This document shows, one piece after another, positions 48,864-58,401 of a DNA stretch of 64,000 nucleotides (the first letter of the stretch is position 1; each line of letters begins with the position of its first letter). Source of the DNA: Candidatus Hydrogenedentota bacterium (GTDB taxonomy: Bacteria > Hydrogenedentota > Hydrogenedentia > Hydrogenedentales > SLHB01); assembly GCA_963674865.2 (NCBI GenBank), contig CAXXYE010000009.1, positions 1,120,001-1,184,000 on the forward strand, written 5' to 3'. The translations under genes and the position numbers were made by a program. The notes beneath the pieces were generated by a model. It searched no databases and had not been told where the DNA came from. It worked only from the letters and a program-made list of their open reading frames with translations.

Positions 48864-49970
48864 ATGAATACGGAGAAGCAACTTCGCCGTGTGCGCGCCT
48901 GGCGCCGGGATAGGCTTTTCATGCGCGTCGGAGCGCTGCTGTTCTGCGCCTGTGCCGCGGTGGCCGCCGTCGTGTCTTTGGACGAGACATCGGACTCCGA
49001 TGGATACCTGGTTGTGCCGGTGCTCATCCAGGCGGTATCCGAGGATTCCGTGGCCGGACTCCAGTTCGACGTGACGTTCGACAGCGCACGATGGGACCTC
49101 GTGGACGTCGAGTTGGGCACATCCGCGTACGAGGCGGGGAAGGACGTGTTCTTCAGCGACCTCTCCTCCGGCTCGGCGCGCGTCGTCGTCGCAGGTTTCA
49201 ACCAGGAAACACTTGCCGACGGCGCCGTGGCTCAACTCGTTCTTTGTCCACTGGAGGACTGCGACGCGGCGACGGGCCTTGCGCTGGACAGCCTGGTGGC
49301 ATCCGATCCGCTGGGACGCCGCGTCGAGGCCGGTTTCCTCAGCGGCGCCAATGCCGCGGACGAAGACTCGGACTCTCCCGAGAAGCGACTGGACGACGAT
49401 GTGTCCACCACGGAGGCTGTTGCTGATGCCGCGGATGCCGACGGCGCCGCGACGACGGCCGGTGCCCGTTCGAGCGGCGTTTACAGCGTGCCGGAAGAGC
49501 TGTCCGACAATGAGTCGGATGCCGATGGCGTGCCGTACTCGCCGTCGACGGCAGTGAACGGTTCCCGGCCCTCGGGCCGGAACGTGTCCATGCAGCCGGC
49601 CCCGGCGTCAGAAGCGTCCACGGGGCAGGAGTACGTTTCGTCGAGTCGTCGGACGCGGACTGAAGATGGCCACGCGCAACGGCGTTCTATTGCCGAATCC
49701 GGCTCCAAGGGTTCGCCCGGCCCGCTCTTGGGTGACGGCGTGGGCGAGGCTCGGATGCTTGCCATGGCCTCGCCCTCGGGCGTGTTGGCGCGAGACGGCG
49801 TGATATCCGGCGGTTCGGGGCAGGCGGCTGTCCGCACCGAAAGCACGAGGCCCTTTCACCGCCCTCTGGCCGCGCACGTGTTGGCGGCTTTGGCCGGAGC
49901 CGCGCTTCTGGCGCTGATACTCTTCATTCGAGGAATGGCCCTTCGCTTTCCTGAGACAAAGACCCTCTAG
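48864..49970 (+). CDS. Single-cohesin protein with a disordered stalk and C-terminal TM
   Basis: VPVLI...VAGLQFDVTFD...G..A..AGK...GSARVVVAGFNQ...ADG...SDPLG; Ser/Ala/Asp-rich linker; terminal hydrophobic helix. Confidence 0.75.
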   Translation: MNTEKQLRRVRAWRRDRLFMRVGALLFCACAAVAAVVSLDETSDSDGYLVVPVLIQAVSEDSVAGLQFDVTFDSARWDLVDVELGTSAYEAGKDVFFSDLSSGSARVVVAGFNQETLADGAVAQLVLCPLEDCDAATGLALDSLVASDPLGRRVEAGFLSGANAADEDSDSPEKRLDDDVSTTEAVADAADADGAATTAGARSSGVYSVPEELSDNESDADGVPYSPSTAVNGSRPSGRNVSMQPAPASEASTGQEYVSSSRRTRTEDGHAQRRSIAESGSKGSPGPLLGDGVGEARMLAMASPSGVLARDGVISGGSGQAAVRTESTRPFHRPLAAHVLAALAGAALLALILFIRGMALRFPETKTL

Positions 49971-50041
49971 GTTCATTAAGAAGCTGACAAAGAGTCTGAG
50001 AAACGAAATTCACGGGGAATTACCCGTAAGGAGAAGTAATT

Positions 50042-50512
50042 ATGTTGTCAAAGAACATCACAGCAGCCTGTTTGACGATAGCCTTGGTTCTCGCCGTTAT
50101 GGCGGTGTTCGTAGTGTCGCCGGCGCCTTGCCGCGCAGAAGCCATGACGATGAGTCCGTTCAAGATTATCCTGAACGCCCAGGGCCAGTGGGATGACATC
50201 CAGGCGATTATCGGGATGAATCTCGGAGCCTGCACCGTCGTGACGGATTTCGATGTTCAACTGTATTTCGATGGCAAGCTCATTACGGATGCCAATGCGG
50301 TGTGGTACTGCGCCATCGACGATAACCTCTTCGTCTACTTCGACAGGCAGACGATTCAGGATAGCCCCGTGGTCGCTGACTTGGCCGGAGGCGTTGTTCA
50401 GGCCGAGGTGAAGGGTTGGTTCACCGCCGAGAATTGGGACGGCACGGACAGCATCACGCGGAGCATCGATGCCTACGACGACGTCGAGATACTGAAACCT
50501 GGCAGGAAATAG
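50042..50512 (+). CDS. Secreted hypothetical protein (156 aa)
   Basis: RBS AAGGAG; signal peptide; beta-rich mature part; no family recognised. Confidence 0.7.
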   Translation: MLSKNITAACLTIALVLAVMAVFVVSPAPCRAEAMTMSPFKIILNAQGQWDDIQAIIGMNLGACTVVTDFDVQLYFDGKLITDANAVWYCAIDDNLFVYFDRQTIQDSPVVADLAGGVVQAEVKGWFTAENWDGTDSITRSIDAYDDVEILKPGRK

Positions 50513-50520
50513 GAGACTCA

Positions 50521-50561
50521 GTGCGCCGCCGGCCCTCAGGCCGGCGGCGCACCCTCTCTTG
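50521..50561 (+). terminator. Strong hairpin (terminator or mRNA stabiliser)
   Basis: Perfect 14-bp stem GTGCGCCGCCGGCC-CTCA-GGCCGGCGGCGCAC followed by CCTCTCTTG. Confidence 0.6.
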
Positions 50562-50645
50562 TCACCTTGGCAGCTACCTGAAGCGGTATTGCCCGGAGAA
50601 CATTGCCGGGCGTGCCCTGCAACACGCGGTTATCGGGAGGTCTCG

Positions 50646-51308
50646 ATGTATCCAGCCCGCCGCGCTTCATTCGTGATTCCCGCAATCACTTCGGTTGCGT
50701 TGAGCCTCGGGGGAACCTGCTTCGCCGCGGAGGTCGTCGTTGACTCGCCCCGCTGTGCAGTCGGCGCCCGAGAGGTCATCGTGCCCGTTAATCTGGCCTG
50801 TGAAGCGGAGGAGAGCGTCTGCGGCGCACAATTTGACCTCCTCTTCGACGAAGGGTTTCTTGCGCTCAAAGAACTGACGACTGGCGAGGCGGCTCAGGAT
50901 GCCGGCAAGGCGGTTCACGTTGGCCGCCTGGCCTCGGGAAGAGTCCGAGTCATCATTGCCGGACTCAACCAGCGCCCCATGGCAAGCGGCCGCATCGCGC
51001 TGGCTCGCTTCGATGTCTCCTCCGCCACTGTCGCCAGTGGGCGGCTTGTCTTGAACGAGGTCATTTTGAGCGATCCGTTTGGACACAAGATAGCCGTGCA
51101 AACGACATCCGGTGAGGTGCTGATCGCTGATGCGCCCGGTGAATCCCCGGAGAAGGCGCCCGCGCCGGAAACGCGAGGCGGGTGCTTCGGGGCAATATCC
51201 CCGCCCACGAGCGGCGGCGGTCGGGGCGACGCCCTGGCGGTTCTTTTTGTCGTGGCGGGGCTGCTTCTTCTCGGTGCCCGGGCCATGAGGCGGTGCCCAT
51301 GCCGTTGA
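50646..51308 (+). CDS. Single-cohesin protein with a GGC...GD-TM-RR tail
   Basis: RBS GGGAGG; signal peptide; VIVPVNL...VCGAQFDLLFD...GRVRVIIAGLNQ...LSDPFG. Confidence 0.8.
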   Translation: MYPARRASFVIPAITSVALSLGGTCFAAEVVVDSPRCAVGAREVIVPVNLACEAEESVCGAQFDLLFDEGFLALKELTTGEAAQDAGKAVHVGRLASGRVRVIIAGLNQRPMASGRIALARFDVSSATVASGRLVLNEVILSDPFGHKIAVQTTSGEVLIADAPGESPEKAPAPETRGGCFGAISPPTSGGGRGDALAVLFVVAGLLLLGARAMRRCPCR

Positions 51309-51312
51309 GGTC

Positions 51313-51987
51313 GTGTCGTCACGGAGTCCAAGAATGCTTGTAGCGATCCTCACCATCTCGGCCTTGAGCGGCGCGACGCTCACCGTCGGCGAAGCAACGG
51401 GGGCTCCCGCTCAAACAGGCGTGACTCTGCCCGTGACGCTCGATGGCGAAGTGGGCGATGCCGTGGCGGCCATCCAGTTTGATGTCCTGTTCGATGCGGA
51501 CTCTTGCATGCTCGGCGACATGAGTGTCGGCAAGGCGGCCGAGGACGCCGATAAGGACTTGGACTACTACGAAATCGCGCCGGGCGACGTTCGCGTGATC
51601 ATTGCCGGGCTCAACCAGTTGACGATCGCCGACGGCGTTGTCGCCGACGCATCCTTCGATATCCATGCCGACGCGCTTGATGGCGTATACGCCGTGTCTC
51701 TTGCCAACGTGCTCGTGTCCGATCCGTATGGCTCGCCCGTAACCTGCGACGGAATTACCGGCGAGTTGAATGTGGAACAGAGCGGCGGCGAGGGGGAGGG
51801 GGAAGGCGAAACTCCATCAGGGTGCGCTGCACGCCTCGATTCCTTCCCTGGCGGGGGGCAGCTCGCGGGCGCAATGGGGGATCTCGCCGCAACCCTGTCG
51901 GTTCTTGCTGCTCTGCTGGCCCTTACGAGGAGGCGGCCCGGTGAATATGGCGGGGGGCGGCTACACGCCACGCGTACGAGCCGTTGA
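51313..51987 (+). CDS. Single-cohesin protein with a GEGEGE linker and SGC...GD-TM-RRR tail
   Basis: VTLPVTL...VAAIQFDVLFD...GDVRVIIAGLNQ...ADG...VSDPYG. Start is GTG 51313 or ATG 51334. Confidence 0.8.
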   Translation: MSSRSPRMLVAILTISALSGATLTVGEATGAPAQTGVTLPVTLDGEVGDAVAAIQFDVLFDADSCMLGDMSVGKAAEDADKDLDYYEIAPGDVRVIIAGLNQLTIADGVVADASFDIHADALDGVYAVSLANVLVSDPYGSPVTCDGITGELNVEQSGGEGEGEGETPSGCAARLDSFPGGGQLAGAMGDLAATLSVLAALLALTRRRPGEYGGGRLHATRTSR

Positions 51988-52141
51988 TTGGCCCTCTTCT
52001 GCCCTTCGGGTGGCGCGACAGAGGGCCGGGCTTGTGGTAGACTGCTACATGTCAGGAGTGACAATCGGCCTGTCTTTTCGCCGTCGGGCGTTTGGCCGGG
52101 AACCAAGATAGGCGTGGGCGTGAAATGCGAGGTAGGCTGTC

Positions 52142-55100
52142 ATGAGGACGGTTCATGCGGTGGGAACGGGGGGCTCGCGCGGAGTGCTATGGGGAGTCAT
52201 CCTCTGGTGCGTGGCCGGCTCGACGGCAATGGGAGATGCCGGCGGCACAGGCTCGGAAACCGTCGTGCTACCGCGATCTACGGCGACGGAAGCCCTTTTC
52301 TCCCCTGACGACGACACGTCCGATGGCGTCGTAATCATCTCGCCACGCCTCGTGGGGGCCACGGCGGAGAAGGCCGGTGCCGGGGATGTCTCTTGGGACT
52401 ACACCGGCCCGCAGACGATCCCGGACGGCCCCGAGGGCGCCTGGGTGGGCGTCAACTGCAACGAGCCGACAACGGTTCCCTCAGGAGCGCTCGTCACACA
52501 GGTTGCCGTACACCATGTCATCACGCATCCATACATTGGTGACCTCGAAGTCGCGGTTTCCAACGCCGACCACAGCTGGACGGTGAGGGACAACGACGGG
52601 GGAGGCACCGCCAATGTCGACGAGACGCGAACCGCTGAGAGTCTCTTTGACGGCGACAACCCGACCCAGGTGTGGTATTACCGCGTCCGGGACACGAGCG
52701 GGGGTGACACGGGCACGCTGGACGCGATGCAATTGTACGTCTACTACGAGTACGGATTCTCGGGGCCGGATCTAACGCCGTTTCAGCGGAGCACGTGGAA
52801 CGACAAGATTCCCATCGGCCTGACGCAACTCGCGGCTGAAGATACACACGACTACACGGGGCCCTACCCCGCCGGGGAGACGCTTTATTTCAACTGGGCC
52901 TCGATGAACAACGGCGACGCTACGGCGACGGGATATGCCGTCCATATGGAGGTGACGGGGACGGGCGGCGGGAGTTGGGATTGGAGCGACCTGACCTCCG
53001 AGGCAGGAACATTCCGCCGCTTGAACAATGATGAGGGCGTGGGGCCGCTTGCGCCGGGGGCGCACACGTTCAAGCTCTGGGTCGACTACTTGAGCGCGGT
53101 GGCGGAATCGAACGAATCGAACAACTATTACGAGAGGACGATCACCGTCACCGAGTCGGGCGACCCGGATATCCGGATCGAGCCAACGACGCTTACCTTT
53201 GACTTCACAGGCGGCAAGACGCTATCGCCAGAGACGCCCAGCAAGGATCTAAGTACGGAAAGCTACGATGTGCGGGCGCTGGATGTGCTGGATCCTGACG
53301 CTGAACTTGGCGAGGTCGCCGCCGACGAGATCGTCGTTCGTTTCCGGGCGACGGCGGCGGCGCGGATACACACAGAGCGTTTCTCCACGTATCACGATGA
53401 CGTGACGGCATGGGCCCCGCCGGGGGCGAAGTCGGGCACGGACGGATTGCCGATGACGGTGACGGGCCTCCGTCCATTTCGTTCAGGAACAGCCAAGGCG
53501 CGTGAGGTTATCGTCAAAGACGCCGATATTGGTGGGGCCCTGGCAAAGAAGAGCTCCTTTACAGCGGGCCAATGGACAAAGGCCGTTGAGGATCTCTCGG
53601 CCGAAGCGGATGCGAAGGGCCCTATCGGGCTATTTCACGCCAAGCTGGCCGACGGCGCCGACTTGCGGCAGGCGTGCGCCGACTTGATGGCGCGCGATGA
53701 CGTGGCCTATGCCCATCCAAGTCCTGTATGCCGGCCGACGGCCGTGCCGAATGATCCGCTCTACAGCCGGATGTGGAACCTGACGCGAATTGGCATGCCG
53801 AGCGCGTGGGACGACAGCGGCAACGCGTTGGGCAGTGTGCGAGTCTGCGTAGTGGATACGGGCGTCCGCATCACGCACGCGGAATTGTCAGGACGCGTGG
53901 TAAGCCCGGCGGATGTATACACGCCGAACGGCGATGCCTACGCGGATTCCGATCCCGACAACGACGATCCCGCCGGGCACGGCACGAAGTGTGCGGGCAT
54001 CATCGCGGCGATTCGGGACAACAGCAGCGCCGTGGCGGGCATTGCGCCCGTCACGATCATCCCGGTGAACGGGGCAAAAGAGCAAGACGGCTCGTACCTG
54101 ATCATGAACTACACCGATGGCGTTTACTGGGGGGTGGATCATGGCGCATCCGTCATTAGCCTGAGCCTCGGCAGCGAACACACCGCGCCGTATCAGTCCG
54201 AACTGGACGCGGCGGATTACGCCGAAGACCACGGCGTCCTCGTGTGCGCGGCTTCGGGTAACAGCGACACGAACGCGGACAACCATTATCCATCGGCGAT
54301 TCCCTACTACATCTCCGTGGCGGCCGTGGACGATGACGACTTGCGCGTCACGCAGCCCAAGTGGTGGTGGGGCAGCAATTACGGAAGCACGGTGGACATC
54401 TGTGCGCCGGGCCAAGGCGCCGTGGGCAGCCTGAGTGATTCGATTCTGACGATCGGGCGGGGTTCGGACAGTGAGACAAGCAACACCTTCAACGGCACCA
54501 GCGCCGCGACGCCCCACGTCGCGGCCCTATGTGCGCTTATCAAGCACGTCAACGGGGCACTTACAGCGGCAGAAATTCGGAACATCGTGGAATCGACCGC
54601 CCAGGATCAAGTGGGCGCCTCGACGGAAGACGTGGCTGGTTGGGACCAATATCACGGCCACGGCCTCATCGATGCCGCGGCCGCCATCTCTCTTGCCCTC
54701 GGCGGCGATGGGAACTCGCTGACGATTTCGAACGATGGGTACGGAACGCTCACCGTGAGCAGCTTGGCCTTGGATTCGGCCGCCGCGTGGATCACGTGGT
54801 CGCCTCAGGCGCCATTTGACGTGACGCCGAGCGGCTCGCAGATTGTTACGATAAGTGTGGATTTCACCCAAGCGCCGACGGGGACCACGACGCGGCAACT
54901 GGTGATTTCGTCGAATGACTCCGATGAGAATCCCTACCCTGGGGGTGTCAGCATCGTTGTTCAGAAGCCCGCATCGGCTCAGGCCGACCTCACGCCGTAT
55001 CAGCGGAGCACGTGGAATGACAGAATTCCCATCGGTGTGACGCAGCTTGCCGCGGAAGACACCCATTCCTATAGCGGGCCTTACACCACGGATCAGGTGC

Positions 55101-57229
55101 TGTACTTCAATTGGGCATCAAAGAACGTCGGCGATGCCACGGCGGCTGCCTACACGGTGCGGGCCGAAGTGACGGGGGACGGCGGCGGCTCTTGGACGTG
55201 GACGAGTATCACGACGGAGCCCGGCCACTTCCAGCGACTGGATAGCGATAAGGCCGTGGGGCCTCTGGCAGCGGGGCAGCATACCTTCAAAGTGTGGGTG
55301 GACGACACGGGACTGGTGACGGAATCGAACGAAAGCAACAACTACTACGAGCGGACGATTACGGTGACGTCACCGGGTAGCGCGGATCTCGTGCCGCATG
55401 CGCCAAGTCATTGGGATGAGAGGATTCCTATTGGCGTGAAGGCCCTGACGGGCGACGCGACCCACGTGTACAGCGGGCCGTATTCGAGCACGCAGACGCT
55501 CTACATCAACTGGGCGTCGTCGAACACGGGCGATGCAACCGCGACGAATTACACAGTGCATATCGAGGCGACAGGCACTGGATGCGGTAGCTGGGATTGG
55601 AGCGGCCTCAACACGGAGGCAGGGAACTACACCTATCTCACCAACGACTTCAGCGTGGGCCCACTGGCGGAGGGCGAGCATACCTTCAAGCTGTGGGTGG
55701 ACTATGGGGACAACGTTAGCGAGTCCGACGAAACAGACAACTACTTCGAGCGGACGATCACCGTAGGCGCTGAGCCGGGCCTTACGGTGACGCTCGATCC
55801 GGCCGCCGCGCGAACGGTGGGCGCCCAATGGCGTGTGGACGGAGGGGCGTGGCAAGACTCCGGCACGACGCAAACCGGCCTTTCGGAAGGGCAGCACACG
55901 GTGTCGTTCAAGGACGTGACGGACTGGACAACGCCTGCCTCTCAACAGGTGACCATCACGTCAGGGCAGACGACGTCAACGACGGGGACGTACCTGTGTC
56001 AGGCGCCGGCCGCGCCGCAAAACGTGGCCGCGTCGGACGGGGCCTACTCGGATCGTGTGGAAATAACCTGGAGTGCGGTGAGCGGCGTCGGTATCGAATA
56101 CCAGGTTCTGCGAGGCGTCACCGCGACAGCGACCAGCATGACGGCGATTTCGGACTGGCTCACCGACACGTCCTACAGCGATACGACCGCGGCGCCGCCT
56201 ACCGTGGTGCCGGGTGCGTCAGGCGGGTGCGGAAGTCCCGGGGCCGCGTCGACGGTTTCGTACAATTACTATCAGTACCGCGTGGTGGCGCGGCGGGACA
56301 CGGGATGCGAGGGAGCCGCCAGCTTGGCCGACCGCGGCTACCGAGGTGGGGGAAAGGCCGCGGTTTATGAAAAGGTGCTTCCTGGGGCACTGGCGTTCGA
56401 TGAGGTGCGGGCGGCCGGAGCGTTGTCTCCCTTGGCCGTTCGCCTCCGAAGCGATGAGCGGATCGACGAAGCGAGCGTCTCCGGTTATGTGGCCTGGGAT
56501 GGGTACGAGACGACCGACGTGGTGTGGCATCCGCTTGATGACGAGCAGGGCAATGACGGATGGGCCGTGTACACGCCGGCAGCGCCGTGGGCGTTGGGTA
56601 CGTGGATAACAATGACGGCCTCCGCAACGACGGTCTCGGGCGCTGCGCTGGGGCCGATCAGCTATGAGTTTGTCGTCGAGCCGGAGGCCACTACCAAGGA
56701 AGTGGTGCTGCAGCCGAACGTTGCACTTCTCGGGCAGGAAGGCCCCGACGCAACTGGAGCGGGGTGCGTGGCGGTATGGACGGGTGAGCCACTGCCGGAC
56801 TTCTGGGAGGGGCGGGGGGTGATTTGCGCTATTGAGCCGGACGAGGCTTACAACGCTCCTCGGCGTATCTGGCTGCCCCTGCCGGACGGACTGGCCGCTT
56901 CGGACGCGGCGGTATACTACTACTACGACGGCGGGCTGGATGATGGGTGGTACCGGGGGGAGAACGTGGCCGGCTGGCTTGCCGACGGAGACTTCCTCGT
57001 AGCTGAAGTGGGCGGCCGCACCTATCTGGGCCTGTCCGTACGGCACGGGGCGGTAGTGCGCTTGGGAGTGTCCGAACGACAGGATGTGAGTCAAGCGGCG
57101 TCCGTGGCGCCGTTCTTTGGGCGCGGCATCGGCGACCTGCTTGCCGTGATCCTGACGATGCTTGCGCTTGCCTTGTCTCGGCGCGCGGCACGGCGATGCA
57201 GCGCCCATTTCGCTAAATCCTTACGATGA
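52142..57229 (+). CDS. Large surface S8 (subtilase) protease: P-domain, 3 CARDB-like repeats, Ig/Fn3-like domains, C-terminal TM
   Basis: Catalytic triad VVDTGV / GHGTKCAG / GTSAATPHVA, oxyanion AASGN; P-domain HPYIGDL...RVRD...DTGTL; tail GDLLAVILTMLALALSRR. Confidence 0.9.
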   Translation: MRTVHAVGTGGSRGVLWGVILWCVAGSTAMGDAGGTGSETVVLPRSTATEALFSPDDDTSDGVVIISPRLVGATAEKAGAGDVSWDYTGPQTIPDGPEGAWVGVNCNEPTTVPSGALVTQVAVHHVITHPYIGDLEVAVSNADHSWTVRDNDGGGTANVDETRTAESLFDGDNPTQVWYYRVRDTSGGDTGTLDAMQLYVYYEYGFSGPDLTPFQRSTWNDKIPIGLTQLAAEDTHDYTGPYPAGETLYFNWASMNNGDATATGYAVHMEVTGTGGGSWDWSDLTSEAGTFRRLNNDEGVGPLAPGAHTFKLWVDYLSAVAESNESNNYYERTITVTESGDPDIRIEPTTLTFDFTGGKTLSPETPSKDLSTESYDVRALDVLDPDAELGEVAADEIVVRFRATAAARIHTERFSTYHDDVTAWAPPGAKSGTDGLPMTVTGLRPFRSGTAKAREVIVKDADIGGALAKKSSFTAGQWTKAVEDLSAEADAKGPIGLFHAKLADGADLRQACADLMARDDVAYAHPSPVCRPTAVPNDPLYSRMWNLTRIGMPSAWDDSGNALGSVRVCVVDTGVRITHAELSGRVVSPADVYTPNGDAYADSDPDNDDPAGHGTKCAGIIAAIRDNSSAVAGIAPVTIIPVNGAKEQDGSYLIMNYTDGVYWGVDHGASVISLSLGSEHTAPYQSELDAADYAEDHGVLVCAASGNSDTNADNHYPSAIPYYISVAAVDDDDLRVTQPKWWWGSNYGSTVDICAPGQGAVGSLSDSILTIGRGSDSETSNTFNGTSAATPHVAALCALIKHVNGALTAAEIRNIVESTAQDQVGASTEDVAGWDQYHGHGLIDAAAAISLALGGDGNSLTISNDGYGTLTVSSLALDSAAAWITWSPQAPFDVTPSGSQIVTISVDFTQAPTGTTTRQLVISSNDSDENPYPGGVSIVVQKPASAQADLTPYQRSTWNDRIPIGVTQLAAEDTHSYSGPYTTDQVLYFNWASKNVGDATAAAYTVRAEVTGDGGGSWTWTSITTEPGHFQRLDSDKAVGPLAAGQHTFKVWVDDTGLVTESNESNNYYERTITVTSPGSADLVPHAPSHWDERIPIGVKALTGDATHVYSGPYSSTQTLYINWASSNTGDATATNYTVHIEATGTGCGSWDWSGLNTEAGNYTYLTNDFSVGPLAEGEHTFKLWVDYGDNVSESDETDNYFERTITVGAEPGLTVTLDPAAARTVGAQWRVDGGAWQDSGTTQTGLSEGQHTVSFKDVTDWTTPASQQVTITSGQTTSTTGTYLCQAPAAPQNVAASDGAYSDRVEITWSAVSGVGIEYQVLRGVTATATSMTAISDWLTDTSYSDTTAAPPTVVPGASGGCGSPGAASTVSYNYYQYRVVARRDTGCEGAASLADRGYRGGGKAAVYEKVLPGALAFDEVRAAGALSPLAVRLRSDERIDEASVSGYVAWDGYETTDVVWHPLDDEQGNDGWAVYTPAAPWALGTWITMTASATTVSGAALGPISYEFVVEPEATTKEVVLQPNVALLGQEGPDATGAGCVAVWTGEPLPDFWEGRGVICAIEPDEAYNAPRRIWLPLPDGLAASDAAVYYYYDGGLDDGWYRGENVAGWLADGDFLVAEVGGRTYLGLSVRHGAVVRLGVSERQDVSQAASVAPFFGRGIGDLLAVILTMLALALSRRAARRCSAHFAKSLR

Positions 57230-57271
57230 AAAGGCTTTGATAGCTCTTCGGGATGCTGATAGACTGATGTC

Positions 57272-58171
57272 ATGGTGTGGCAAGCCCTGCTGATAGCCGT
57301 GGCCGTGGGCGCGGACGATAACCTGCTTGCGAACGGCGGCTTCGAGGACCTCTCCGGGACTATGCCCTCGCGCTGGCAGGTTTATGTGGCGTCCCGAGAG
57401 GGAGTCGAGGGACGCGTGGACGACGTCTCCGCCGCTTCCGGCACGTGCTGCGTGATGTTGCACAAATCCGAAGCCTATGAGCCCGACCCCATCAACAACT
57501 GGAGCCAGCATGTGTTCGGGGATTTCTCCGGCAAGGAACTGTTGGTGCGGGGACAGATCAAGACGGAGGAGGCCACGGAAGCGGCTATTTGGCTTCAATG
57601 CTGGCGCAAGCGGCCCGCGCACGTGGTCCAATGGGCGACGACGAGCTATGATTCGCCTATGTCCGGCACATGCGACTGGACGGCGGTCGAGATGAAGCTC
57701 AAAGTAACGGAACGAACGGATTTTCTGATGGTGCGGTGCGTCTTGAAAGGATCGGGCACGGCGTGGTTCGACGACATCATGTTATCTGAGTCAGGCGAAC
57801 GCGAGGAATGTCCCGAAGCCGGGCAGGCGGTTTGCTCACAGCCGGAGGACTCCTCATTGGAACCGGACAAGGAGACTCAAGATGTACCCGCACAGGCCCC
57901 ACCGGAGCAACAAGATAACCTTTCGGCTCACAAGCTTGTAGAGGCTCAGCTCGTTGAGTCCCAACAGGTTCTTGTCGACACAAATCGGACGTTGCGAGAG
58001 ACAAATGCCCTTCTGGCGCAGGAAATCGAGGCTTTGCGGGCCGAAGTAAGCGTTCTTCGGGAGGAATTGGCCGCGCTGCGGACGGCGTCGCATGACAAAA
58101 AGGCCGATGAGCCTGAACGCCGGGTGCCGCCATTGGTGCCTCATGTGGCTAACGCGGAGGCTGCTCGGTAA
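57272..58171 (+). CDS. Exported CBM4/9-like beta-sandwich protein with a C-terminal coiled coil
   Basis: NLLANGGFED, GTCDWT, GSGTAWFDDI; heptad repeat near the C-terminus. Confidence 0.65.
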   Translation: MVWQALLIAVAVGADDNLLANGGFEDLSGTMPSRWQVYVASREGVEGRVDDVSAASGTCCVMLHKSEAYEPDPINNWSQHVFGDFSGKELLVRGQIKTEEATEAAIWLQCWRKRPAHVVQWATTSYDSPMSGTCDWTAVEMKLKVTERTDFLMVRCVLKGSGTAWFDDIMLSESGEREECPEAGQAVCSQPEDSSLEPDKETQDVPAQAPPEQQDNLSAHKLVEAQLVESQQVLVDTNRTLRETNALLAQEIEALRAEVSVLREELAALRTASHDKKADEPERRVPPLVPHVANAEAAR

Positions 58172-58383
58172 TGCGGCTGATCGGCATGATCCTCATATCC
58201 CTCATGGTAGGTTTCGTTGGCGCGGGGCTCGTCTGGTTCGGCTGGGGGCTGGCGGAGAATCTCTCCGCGATGTTCCGTTCGCGCAAGGCCGCGGGCGGAA
58301 AAGCGCGGGCTGAAGACAGTGAGCAGACGGAAACGGAGATTTCCACGGAGGTCGGCCCAGAGGCGGACGAGGGAGCGGAGTAG
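58171..58383 (+). CDS. Small membrane protein
   Basis: TAATG overlap with the upstream gene; N-terminal TM and acidic tail. Confidence 0.55.
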   Translation: MRLIGMILISLMVGFVGAGLVWFGWGLAENLSAMFRSRKAAGGKARAEDSEQTETEISTEVGPEADEGAE

Positions 58384-58401
58384 GCGCGCGGATAGCGGCG
58401 G

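Noticed and set aside
46835..57229. Calling the locus a true cellulosome
   Set aside because: No multi-cohesin scaffoldin, no CBM3 and no dockerin-bearing glycoside hydrolase in the window
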